Shown here piece after piece: positions 1 through 9,095 of a stretch of DNA of 14,991 bases. This DNA comes from a bacterium (GTDB taxonomy: Bacteria; Desulfobacterota; DSWW01), in contig JBFLZG010000128.1 of assembly GCA_040756235.1 (NCBI GenBank), positions 1 through 14,991 on the forward strand, written 5' to 3'. Below the pieces are notes generated by a model. The model made no database searches. It saw only the letters and a list, made by a program, of their open reading frames with translations, and was not told the DNA's origin. How positions within the stretch are numbered: the stretch's first letter is position 1; each line of letters begins with the position of its first letter. Made by a program: the position numbers and the translations under genes.

Positions 1-34
1 ATCCCGACCTTCTCCCCTCGGCGAGGGGAGAAGG
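1..34. repeat. Family E hairpin (CCTTCTCCCCTCG-GC-GAGGGGAGAAGG), truncated by window start
   Basis: Inverted arms CCTTCTCCCCTC / GAGGGGAGAAGG; 33/34 identical to the reverse complement of 14923-14956. Confidence 0.9.
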
Positions 35-133
35 TGAGAAAAGCGACAGCCTCTCGGGGGGGAGGAGAGGAAACGCCGACCGAGCGACAGAGATTGGGAA
101 GGACAAGGTTCACCTGAGAAAGGAGGTCACATC

Positions 134-754
134 ATGGAGACGAAACGGGTCCCGTTCGCACACGGACGGAATGCCAAAGCGACGGCTCTGGCCTTGATCA
201 TCCTGCTCGTCGGCGCGCTCTCCGGGGGCGCTTCGTTGTGGGCGCAGACTTCGGCCCCGCCTGCCGCTCCGCCGCCTGTGTCCGGCCCCGAGGTTGGACC
301 GGGACAAGGGCCCGGCCCTGGCCCCCGGGGGTGGTGCATGAAGGGCTTGAACCTGACCCAGGAGCAGGTCAACAAGATGCAGTCCCTGCGCCTGGAGTTC
401 TCGAAGCAAACGGCCGACCTGGACTCCCAGATCCACAAGAAGCGACTCGACCTGGCGACCCTCCTGCGGGACCCGCAGGCCAAGGAGGATGCCATCGGCG
501 CGGCTCAGAAAGAGCTGAACAGAATGATGGCCCAGAGAGACGAGAAGGCGGACGCCTATCTGCTGAAAGCCCGCAGTCTGCTCACCGCCGAGCAGATCAG
601 GAACCTCCCTCCGGGATGCGCTTTCGGCTTCTGGGGAGGAGGGATGAGGGGGCACGGCGGCGGCGGGTGCGGTCCCGGCATGAAGGGATGCGGGATGTGC
701 GGAATGGAAGGCCCTCGCGGCCCCGGCGGTCCGGGCTGCCCGCGAGCGATGTAG
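134..754 (+). CDS. Periplasmic Spy/CpxP/ZraP-family (LTxxQ / heavy-metal resistance) protein with Gly/Met/Cys-rich tail
   Basis: Strong SD AAGGAGGT just upstream of the ATG; hydrophobic signal peptide (ALALIILLVGALSGGASLWA); two LTxEQ motifs (LNLTQEQ, LLTAEQ) flanking a helical core; C-terminal Gly/Met/Cys/His-rich tail. Confidence 0.8.
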   Translation: METKRVPFAHGRNAKATALALIILLVGALSGGASLWAQTSAPPAAPPPVSGPEVGPGQGPGPGPRGWCMKGLNLTQEQVNKMQSLRLEFSKQTADLDSQIHKKRLDLATLLRDPQAKEDAIGAAQKELNRMMAQRDEKADAYLLKARSLLTAEQIRNLPPGCAFGFWGGGMRGHGGGGCGPGMKGCGMCGMEGPRGPGGPGCPRAM

Positions 755-772
755 GTGCACGGACACCAGGAT

Positions 773-818
773 CAGGGGAGGGGCTCCTGCACCTTCGCGG
801 AAGCCCCTCCCCTGCTTT
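773..818. terminator. GC-rich stem-loop between convergent genes, probable intrinsic terminator
   Basis: 13-bp perfect stem CAGGGGAGGGGCT / AGCCCCTCCCCTG (773-814), 19 nt after the TAG of the + strand gene, followed by CTTT (weak U tract). Confidence 0.6.
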
Positions 819-905
819 CCCCGGACTCTTCCCGCTTCCGTTGCGCCGTCACCTCCCCTGCGCCCTCACCCGCACCGGCGTTCCCTCGAAAACGGATGAC
901 CTGCC

Positions 906-1894
<989 letters not shown>

Positions 1895-1898
<4 letters not shown>

Positions 1899-2923
1899 AG
1901 CTCTCTCCATCTCCAGCAGGCGGAACCCCGCCGGCCCGCATGACCGTCCGCCTCCTCGAACCACAGCAGGGGCGGATCTTCCAGGCGGCACTTGTCGATG
2001 ACATACGGGCACCGCTCCTGGTAGTTGCACCCGGGCGGAAGCCGGGTGAGGTCCGGGACCATGCCCGGAATGGCCGCGAGCCGCTGCCGCCCCACGTGAT
2101 CGGCCTTCGGCCGGGGAACGGAGCGGAGCAGGCCGATCGTATACGGATGGCGCGGATGCCGGTAGAGGTCGCCGACCGCCGCGTGCTCGACGATGCGCCC
2201 GGCGTACATGATGGCCACGTGGTCGGCCATCTGAGCCACGATCCCGAGGTCGTGGGTGATGAACAGGATGGCCATGCCCATCTGCTGCTGGAGGCTCACC
2301 ATGAGCTCCAGGATCTGCGCCTGGATCGTCACGTCCAGGGCGGTCGTGGGCTCGTCGGCGATGAGCAGCATGGGATGGCAGCTCAGGGCCATGGCGATCA
2401 TGACCCGCTGCCGCATGCCTCCGCTCAACTGGTTCGGATAATCCCGGATGCGCTGCTCCGGCGCAGGCAGCCCGACCCGCGTCAGCATCTCGATGGTGCG
2501 TTCGCGCGCTTCCTTTCGGGAGACCCTCTGGTGGAGCCGGATGGCCTCGGCGATCTGGTTGCCGATGGTGAAAACCGGGTTGAGGGACGTCATGGGCTCC
2601 TGGAAGATCATGGAGATGCGGTTGCCGCGGATGCGGCGCATCTCTTCCTCGGAGAGCTCGAGCAGATTCACTCCCTCGAACAGGATCTGGCCCGACGCGA
2701 TTCGGCCGGGAGGGCTGGGCACCAGCCGAAGGATCGAGAGGCCGGTCACCGTCTTGCCGCAGCCGGACTCGCCGACCAGGCAGAGCGTCTTCCTGCGCTC
2801 GATGGAGAAGGAGACTCCGTCGACCGCCCAGGCCCAGCCCCGCTCGGTCTCGAACCCGGTCCTGAGCTCGCGCACTTCGAGCAATGGGTCTTCTTCGGCG
2901 GTATCAGTCATGACCGTGTTCAT
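1895..2923 (-). CDS. oppD: Oligopeptide/dipeptide ABC transporter ATP-binding protein (OppD/DppD type)
   Basis: [54 protein letters not shown]. Alternative start ATG 2911. Confidence 0.93.
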
Positions 2924-2933
2924 CCGTCTTTCC

Positions 2934-3048
2934 CGTCATTCCGGCGCAGGCCGGAATCCAGTCCCTGCACCCCGTGATCGGCCGCTGGCCGTGATGCATG
3001 CTCCTGGATCCCGGCTCACACGTGCTCCGCAGGTCGGCCGGGATGACG
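2934..3048 (+). repeat. Family A ~115 bp palindromic element, complete copy 1
   Basis: CGTCATTCCGGCGCAGGCCGGAATCCAG ... CTGGATCCCGGCTC ... GGCCGGGATGACG; aligns end-to-end with 4173-4290 and 10681-10795. Confidence 0.92.
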
Positions 3049-3084
3049 AAAACAGCCTCGAGGGCGAATCGAGCTCCTTCTTTC

Positions 3085-3166
3085 CGTCACCCCGGCGAAG
3101 GCCGGGGTCCAGCCCCTGCACCGCGTGATTACACCCCTTCCTCAGGGCAGGCTCATGGATCCCGGG
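3085..3166 (+). repeat. Family A element, 3'-truncated copy with compensatory substitutions
   Basis: CGTCACCCCGGCGAAGGCCGGGGTCCAG..CCTGCA..CGTGATTACACC..TTCCT..GGGCAG..TGGATCCCGG; the spacer closely matches the 10681 copy; it ends where a GTAG REP begins. Confidence 0.85.
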
Positions 3167-3168
3167 AA

Positions 3169-3192
3169 GGGCGCAGCAAGCAGCGCCCCTAC
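3169..3192 (-). repeat. GTAG-type REP (family B)
   Basis: Reverse complement GTAGGGGCGCTGCTTGCTGCGCCC is identical (24/24) to 10972-10995. Confidence 0.88.
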
Positions 3193-3257
3193 AACGGCCG
3201 CGGACGCCGGGATGGCGGAGAAGCGACGCCCGGCGCACACCCAGAATCCGGTCGCGT

Positions 3258-4157
3258 TCATCGACACCCGGTTTCCTCCTCTTTCTGCCGCCGCAGCCCC
3301 GTATCCACGTCGCAGATCGTGAGGTCGAGATCCCGGCAGATCCTCTCACTCACCAGGGACACGTCCCGGGCCGGCGAGGCCGCGAGCCGGACATCCTGCA
3401 TCCTGGCCGGGACCAGGCGGTCCGACGGGAGCCCGAAGGCGCGGGCGATCTTCTGCCCGAAGGCGTAACGGCTCAACCGCTCGGTGCCGCCGAGGTGGTA
3501 GACGCCGGTCCCGGTCCCGCCGGCGAGCCGGAAGACCGCTTCTGCCGCGTCGCCCGCGTAGACGGGGGTACGGACCTGGTCCGTGAAAAGCGGAAGGGTC
3601 CTGCCTTCCTCGATCCCCCGGCGGAGCTTCCACCCCCAGTCGCCGCGCCTGCCCCAGGTCGGACCGTAGGAGAGGGCGAGCCGCAGCACCACCCAGTCCG
3701 GGCATTCCCGCATGACCCGCTCCTCCCCTTCGAGCTTGGTCCGGCCGTACACGCTCACGGGGCCGGGAGCGTCCTGCTCTGCGTACAACCCTTTCTTTCC
3801 ATCGAACACCTGGTCGCTCGAGAAGTAGATGAGCCGCGCGCCGCGGCTCGCTGCCCAGCGCGCCACCTCGCCGGTACCGTCGACGTTCACGGCCCGGGCC
3901 AGCTCCGGATCGGCTTCGCAGGCGTCCGGGCTGGACAGGGCCGCCGCATGGACGACCGCGTCGGCCTCGAGACAGGCCACGGCGCGGGAGAAGCTGCCGC
4001 TCCTGGAGAGGTCGACCTGTACGATGCCGGCACCTTCTGTCTGCGGCCTGCACGTGCGGTAAGCGAGATAGACGCTCGCATGGGACCGGAAGCGCCGGGC
4101 GAGGTTCTCGCCCACGAACCCGCTCGCCCCCGTGATCAGCACCGTGCGCAAGCTCAC
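3258..4157 (-). CDS. Extended SDR, dTDP-4-dehydrorhamnose reductase (RfbD/RmlD)-like
   Basis: VLITGASGFVG Rossmann motif, HAAA, SSDQVFDG, YGRTK catalytic motif, DQVRTP, YHLGG..SRY. The ORF-track ATG (4178) lies inside a repeat, so GTG 4157 or TTG 4151 is preferred. Substrate unproven; no rmlA/B/C nearby. Confidence 0.85.
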   Translation of the reverse strand: MSLRTVLITGASGFVGENLARRFRSHASVYLAYRTCRPQTEGAGIVQVDLSRSGSFSRAVACLEADAVVHAAALSSPDACEADPELARAVNVDGTGEVARWAASRGARLIYFSSDQVFDGKKGLYAEQDAPGPVSVYGRTKLEGEERVMRECPDWVVLRLALSYGPTWGRRGDWGWKLRRGIEEGRTLPLFTDQVRTPVYAGDAAEAVFRLAGGTGTGVYHLGGTERLSRYAFGQKIARAFGLPSDRLVPARMQDVRLAASPARDVSLVSERICRDLDLTICDVDTGLRRQKEEETGCR

Positions 4158-4172
4158 CCCCAAACGCCTTTT

Positions 4173-4290
4173 CGTCATTCCGGCGCAGGCCGGAATCCAG
4201 TGCCTGCTTCCCCGTAATTGGTCGCTGTGTCCTTGATGCAGACTCCTGGATCCCGGCTCGCACGCGCTCCGCAGTTGGGCCGGGATGACG
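4173..4290 (+). repeat. Family A ~118 bp palindromic element, complete copy 2
   Basis: First 29 nt identical to the 2934 copy; same CTCCTGGATCCCGGCTC..GCTCCGCAG..GGCCGGGATGACG end. Confidence 0.92.
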
Positions 4291-4296
4291 GATTCG

Positions 4297-5325
4297 TCAC
4301 CCCGTCTTCAGCCGCGGATCGATCGCGTCCCGCAGCCCCTCGCCGACCAGGTTGTACGCCGTCACCGTGATGAAGATCGCGAGCCCCGGGAACAGAGTGA
4401 GCCACCAGGCGAAATCGATGTACGCCCTGGACTGGCTCAGGATGTCCCCCCAGCTCGGCGTCGGCGGCGGCACGCCGAAGCCCAGAAAGCTCAGGCTGCT
4501 CTCGACCAGGATGGCGCCCGCTACTCCGAAGGTGGCCGACACCAGCACCGGCGCCATGGCGTTCGGCAGGATGTGCCGGAAGATCACCCGCGTGTCCCGG
4601 GCTCCCAGGGTGCGGGACGCCACCACGAAATCCTGCGAGCGCAGCCGCAGGAACTCGCCGCGCACGAGCCGCGCGACCCCGGTCCAGCCGGTCACCCCGA
4701 TCACGAACATCACATTGTAAATGCTGGGGGGAAGGAAGGCCATGATGGCCAGGATCAGGAAGAAGGTGGGGAAGCAGATCATGATCTCGATCAACCGCGA
4801 GATCACCACGTCGATCCAGCCGCCGTAGTATCCGGCCAGCGCCCCCAGCAGCACGCCGATCGCGAGGTAGATCCCGACCGCCACGAACCCGACCGAAAGA
4901 GACGTCCTCGACCCGTGGATCATCCGGCTGGCCACGTCCCGGCCCCGGTCGTCCGTGCCGAGCCAGTGCTTGGCCGAGGGCGGATCGAGCCTTTCGTCCA
5001 GGTTGTACTGGGTGGGCGTGTACCGGACGGGCGGGAAGAGGGCAAAATCTCCGGGTCCACGGGTCTCCTCCCAGCGCGTGAACCCGGGGCCGTTGAGGGC
5101 GGGGCGGGACGAGAGGAAGGGGAAGCTCAGCCTGCCGTCCCGCCACAGCAGAATGGGCCGATCGTTCGCCAGCAGGGGCGCGAGCACCGCGATCAGGAAC
5201 AGGGCGCCCACGACCCCCAGGCCGGCCAGAGCGAGACCCTTGCGCCGGAACTGTTTCCAGACGAGGCCCCAGTAGGTCTCGGCGGCCGGCGCCCCCGGCC
5301 GCGGAGGTGCTCCGGGCTCCGGCAT
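4297..5325 (-). CDS. oppC: Oligopeptide ABC transporter permease (OppC/DppC)
   Basis: OppC N-terminal motif (YWGLVWKQFRR..A), HWLGTDDRGRD, EAA-like loop (DFVVASRTLGA), RHILPN, LSFLGFG, NLVGEGLRDAIDPR. Start ATG 5325 has GGAGGA upstream; ATG 5340 overlapping the oppB stop is an alternative. Confidence 0.92.
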   Translation of the reverse strand: MPEPGAPPRPGAPAAETYWGLVWKQFRRKGLALAGLGVVGALFLIAVLAPLLANDRPILLWRDGRLSFPFLSSRPALNGPGFTRWEETRGPGDFALFPPVRYTPTQYNLDERLDPPSAKHWLGTDDRGRDVASRMIHGSRTSLSVGFVAVGIYLAIGVLLGALAGYYGGWIDVVISRLIEIMICFPTFFLILAIMAFLPPSIYNVMFVIGVTGWTGVARLVRGEFLRLRSQDFVVASRTLGARDTRVIFRHILPNAMAPVLVSATFGVAGAILVESSLSFLGFGVPPPTPSWGDILSQSRAYIDFAWWLTLFPGLAIFITVTAYNLVGEGLRDAIDPRLKTG

Positions 5326-5339
5326 CGGCGCTCCTCCCA

Positions 5340-6344
5340 TCACAGCCCCTCGAAGCTGATTCTGGGATCGATCAGGACGTAGAGCAGATCGGAAAGGAGC
5401 ATCCCCACGAGCGTCAGGAAGGCCGAAATCGTGGCGATGCCCATGATCACGGGGTAGTCGCGGCTCAGGACCGCCTCGAACCCCAGCTTGCCCATGCCGG
5501 GAATGGAGAAGATGCTCTCGACGATCACGCTCCCGCCGATCATGGACGGCAGCAGAAACGCCAGGAACGTGACGATCGGGATCACGGAGTTGCGCAAGGC
5601 GTGCTTGAACACCACGATCTTCTCGCTCAGCCCCTTGGCGCGGGCGGTGAGAATGTAGTCCTGCCGGATGACCTCGATCATTCCTGCCCGCATGTACCTG
5701 GAGACCGAGGCGAGGCCGCCGTAGGTCAGACACGCCACCGGCAGGACCAGGTGCCAGGCCCGGTCCGCGAGCCGTTTCCATAAGGGCCATTGGTCCGCAT
5801 CGAAAGAGCTCACGCCGTAGATCGGAAACAGGTTCAGGTAGTCTCCCCCGCCCAGGTAGACGATGAGCAGGGTCGCGACCCAGAAGTTGGGGAGGGAGTA
5901 GAGCATGAAGAGTACGACCGTGCTGATGCGGTCCCCCGGCGTGTCCTGCTTCACCGCGGAGTAGACGCCGATCGGGATGGCGATGAGATAGGACAGGAAA
6001 ATGGAGATGAGATCGAGCTGGAGCGTGATGGGCAGCGCCTCGCGGATCTTGTCCTTCACCGGGCGCTGGTCCTTGTACGAGGTGCCGAATTCCAGAGTGG
6101 CGACCTGTTTGAGCCAGATCCAGTAGCGGACCGCCAGGGGCTTGTCCAGGCCGTAGAGCTTGCGGGTCTGCTCCACGATTTGCCGCGCGACCGCCTGATC
6201 GGCGACGCCTCCCTGCCGGGTCATGTGGATCTTGAGCAGGGCCGGGTTTCCCGGCGCGAGCTGAATGATGGCGAACGTCACCATGGTGATCCCGAGCAGG
6301 GTCGGGAAGATGAACAGCAGTCGCTTGAGGATGTATCGGCGCAT
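5340..6344 (-). CDS. oppB: Oligopeptide ABC transporter permease (OppB/DppB)
   Basis: MRRYILKRLL..PTLLGIT N-terminus, YGLDKP, HLVLP, DYILTARAKGL, KHALRNS, ESIFSIPGMG, DLLYVLIDPRI. Confidence 0.94.
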   Translation of the reverse strand: MRRYILKRLLFIFPTLLGITMVTFAIIQLAPGNPALLKIHMTRQGGVADQAVARQIVEQTRKLYGLDKPLAVRYWIWLKQVATLEFGTSYKDQRPVKDKIREALPITLQLDLISIFLSYLIAIPIGVYSAVKQDTPGDRISTVVLFMLYSLPNFWVATLLIVYLGGGDYLNLFPIYGVSSFDADQWPLWKRLADRAWHLVLPVACLTYGGLASVSRYMRAGMIEVIRQDYILTARAKGLSEKIVVFKHALRNSVIPIVTFLAFLLPSMIGGSVIVESIFSIPGMGKLGFEAVLSRDYPVIMGIATISAFLTLVGMLLSDLLYVLIDPRISFEGL

Positions 6345-6362
6345 CGGGTACCGGTCAGGCGC

Positions 6363-8132
6363 TCATCGGGGCTTGGACGGGGTCGGCTCGGGCCACCGGG
6401 CCGGGTCCGGGATTTCATAGATCCGGATCGAGTCGGCTCCGACCCGGCGGACCTTTTCCGCAACGGCAAAGGCGTCCCTGTATTGGAACAGCACTTCGAA
6501 GGTCGTGTCCCGGGACACGCTGCCGGGATTGGGGATCGAGGCCGCCGGATCATTCGATCCGGTCATCCGGCCGACCAGGTCGAGCCTCCGGAAGTCGTCT
6601 TCATGTTGGATTCCGATTTCCTGCAAGTGTCTCCAGACGACCGGTAGAAAATCGACGGCGAGGTGGCGGTAGCCTTCCTGCCACGCACCGGCAAGCTCCT
6701 CCCGGCTGACCGGCACCGCCCTGCAGGCGCTCGACCCCAGGTAGGACTGGAAGACCCTTTCATTCGAGGCGAGCACCTTCCCGCCCGTCTGCGCGATCCG
6801 CCGGCTCGCTTCCGGGTAGCCGAAGTCGAAGCGGGAGGCGCTCAGTGAGGCCAGCGTACCGGACGTCAGGGCCATCAGGAACAGGATCGCCCAGAACGGG
6901 TTTCGTGCAGGGGGGACGCCCGCGTCGTCGCCCCCGGACCGCCGCGGCGGCAGGCCGGAGCCGAGTTCCACGAGGGCACGGGCCGAGAGGATCGCCATCA
7001 GGGGGAAGGTGATGCTGTAATGCCGCATGCAGTGGTAGATCTGCAGGTGAAGATGGATCACCGGCACGAAGAAGCAGGCCAGCAGCAGCAGATCGGGAAA
7101 GCGCCGGCGGGCGGCGGCCACGATGAGGCCGGCGGCGAGCAGACTCGTGAAGAGGAATCCGTTGTAGCGGATGGAGATGTCGGGAAGGATCGCCAGGTCC
7201 TCGAACCGGAAGCCGCTCATGGGAAGGCTCGGAATGAACCTGGCCGCAGCCATCGCCTGGGCGATGAGGAAGTGCTTGGCCAGGATCTCGAAGTAGCCCG
7301 GGAACGGCATCGCCTTGCCCGCGGCGCCGGCGGCGACGCGCAGGGCCAGGTAGGGCAGCTCGATCGCAACGAGCGGGGCCATCACCGCAAGGTTGAGGAC
7401 GGCCCACCTCCGCAGCGCCTGCCCGAGGGTGACGCGCCTTTCCCAGAGCCAGAGGTGGGCCTCCATGAGCCAGAGGGCCAGGAGGGCCGTGATCCAGCGG
7501 TCGTTGCAGGCGATCGCGAGCCCCCAGCAGATCCCGCTCGCGAGGAGGCGCCGCGTGTTTCTCGCGCCCGGGGCGTGTTCGCGGCTGGCGGCGTAGAACA
7601 GCAGCGACAGGAGGAGGAAGAAAGTGGAGTCGGTCTCCGGAAAGAAGTTGCGCGAGTAATGGACATGAATGCCGAGCACCGCCAGGAGCCCGGCAGCCAC
7701 CAGCGCTCCCCGGCCGCCGTAGAGCTTTCTGTAAAGCAGGTACACGAGCGCAACGGAGAGGACGCCGAAAAAGGCCGACACGGCGTTTCCGAGCCATGCC
7801 TTGTACCCGACGAAGAACATGGGCAGTGCGGCCAGCAGCACGTGGAGGGGCCGGCCCATGATCATCGGGTGCCCTTCGGAACGGCTGAAGAGCTGCTTGG
7901 CTTGCGCTGCCGGATCCTGCGGAGGCTCGCGCACCCAGTCGGGCAGGGCATCCGCAAGGTTCAGGGCGACCTCGTGGAACCACCTCGCCTCCAGCATGTA
8001 GTCGCCCTGATCGACGAAGTACGGGCCCGTTCTTTCGAGCCCCCAAAATCGCAACAGCCCTGCAAGCGCCATGAGGAGGAGCAGGCACGCATATGTTTTC
8101 AGCGGCAGGGGTTTGCGGGGGTGGTGGTTCAA
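6363..8132 (-). CDS. Integral membrane GT-C fold glycosyltransferase (PMT_2 / ArnT / GT39-like)
   Basis: First TM ending LRFWGL followed by an acidic loop (YFVDQGDY), RPLH motif, SAFFGVLSV.LVYLL, AAGLLAV..H.HYSR, many TM segments, RHY late motif, soluble C-terminal domain. TTG start is uncertain. Confidence 0.75.
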   Translation of the reverse strand: MNHHPRKPLPLKTYACLLLLMALAGLLRFWGLERTGPYFVDQGDYMLEARWFHEVALNLADALPDWVREPPQDPAAQAKQLFSRSEGHPMIMGRPLHVLLAALPMFFVGYKAWLGNAVSAFFGVLSVALVYLLYRKLYGGRGALVAAGLLAVLGIHVHYSRNFFPETDSTFFLLLSLLFYAASREHAPGARNTRRLLASGICWGLAIACNDRWITALLALWLMEAHLWLWERRVTLGQALRRWAVLNLAVMAPLVAIELPYLALRVAAGAAGKAMPFPGYFEILAKHFLIAQAMAAARFIPSLPMSGFRFEDLAILPDISIRYNGFLFTSLLAAGLIVAAARRRFPDLLLLACFFVPVIHLHLQIYHCMRHYSITFPLMAILSARALVELGSGLPPRRSGGDDAGVPPARNPFWAILFLMALTSGTLASLSASRFDFGYPEASRRIAQTGGKVLASNERVFQSYLGSSACRAVPVSREELAGAWQEGYRHLAVDFLPVVWRHLQEIGIQHEDDFRRLDLVGRMTGSNDPAASIPNPGSVSRDTTFEVLFQYRDAFAVAEKVRRVGADSIRIYEIPDPARWPEPTPSKPR

Positions 8133-8162
8133 GAAGAGCTCCGACCTGCAATGCAGTTCATT

Positions 8163-8285
8163 CCCTCTCCCCCGTGCACGGGAAGAAGGGCGTTGGGGCG
8201 AATGATGATTCGCCCCTACAAGACCGGGACGGGCGCAGCAAGCGGCGCCCCTGCAAGGCTACCGCGGAACCCGGGCCGGGATGAC
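8163..8285. repeat. Composite repeat cluster: family E hairpin (8163-8190), two family B REPs (8192-8219, 8231-8254), family A right end (8271-8285)
   Basis: CCCTCTCCCCCGTGCACGGGAAGAAGGG; GGGGCGAATGATGATTCGCCCCTAC (24/25 with 14866-14890); GGACGGGCGCAGCAAGCGGCGCCCC (25/25 with 11804-11828); GGGCCGGGATGAC. Confidence 0.85.
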
Positions 8286-8293
8286 AAGAGAGG

Positions 8294-9094
8294 TTACGTC
8301 ACGCGCACCAGGCCACGGACCCTTTGCTTGCAGGCCTCCACGGTGTCGCGGCGCGACAGCCAGACCCGGATGGCCTGCTCCGGGCACTCGCCCGCGCAGC
8401 GGCCGCACCCGATGCACCTCTGCTCGTCGATCTCCGCCCGTGCGCCCGGCACCCGGATGGCCTCGCTCAGGCAGACGGTCGTGCAACGGCCGCACCCGGT
8501 GCAGAGGTCGGTCACCTCGAGCTCGAGGCCCTCGAGCTTCACGATCGAATGGCGCATGTGCTCCGGAAAATGACGATAGATCCCATACAGGCAGCAGCAG
8601 GGGCAGCACAGACAGATGGTGAGGAGCCGGTCGCCCGGCCCCGCGCCCAGCCAGACCGTGTCGAGCTTGTTGCGGCCCATGAACGGCACCAGGCCGCTCG
8701 CGACCGCGTCCTTGATGTGGCCCAGCGTCTCCTCGACCCCGGCCTGTTTGGCCAGCTTGGTGTTGATGCCGCGTGCCGCCTCGCCCAGGAACACGCAGCC
8801 GGTGTGGACGGGATAGCCCTTGCAGTGATTGCTGTCCCGGCAGATGCAGGCGTGCATGATGACGCGGACGGATGCCTCCCGCACGAACTCCTCGACGATG
8901 GCCAGAGGCAGGGCCACGCTCCGGTCGGCGCCCTCGATGTCCCGGTTGATCGGGATCTGCGTCATCTGGTCGCCCTGGAAGAAGGTGCGCTCCATCCACC
9001 TGCCGATCACCGGAACGTTGGCCGCCCTGGCCGAGGCGAACCGGGTCGGCCAGGTCTTCTTGATGAGCTCGACGACCCAGGGGGGTCTTCCCAT
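8294..9094 (-). CDS. Cys-rich 4Fe-4S dicluster (ferredoxin-like) protein
   Basis: SD GAGGAG upstream of ATG 9094; CICR..C..C and ICLCCPCCC motifs; C-terminal CTGCGRCTTVC and CIGCGRCAGECP. Confidence 0.85.
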   Translation of the reverse strand: MGRPPWVVELIKKTWPTRFASARAANVPVIGRWMERTFFQGDQMTQIPINRDIEGADRSVALPLAIVEEFVREASVRVIMHACICRDSNHCKGYPVHTGCVFLGEAARGINTKLAKQAGVEETLGHIKDAVASGLVPFMGRNKLDTVWLGAGPGDRLLTICLCCPCCCLYGIYRHFPEHMRHSIVKLEGLELEVTDLCTGCGRCTTVCLSEAIRVPGARAEIDEQRCIGCGRCAGECPEQAIRVWLSRRDTVEACKQRVRGLVRVT

Positions 9095-9095
9095 G

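Noticed and set aside
2936..3468. ORFs across the oppD-SDR spacer (2936-3349, 2998-3468, 3125-3322)
   Set aside because: They are translations of repeats (e.g. LDPGLRRGD, RHPGEGRGP) with no domain features.
5341..5790. 497-aa extended OppC
   Set aside because: The extension lies inside oppB in another frame; the SD and OppC N-terminal motif support a start at 5325 or 5340.
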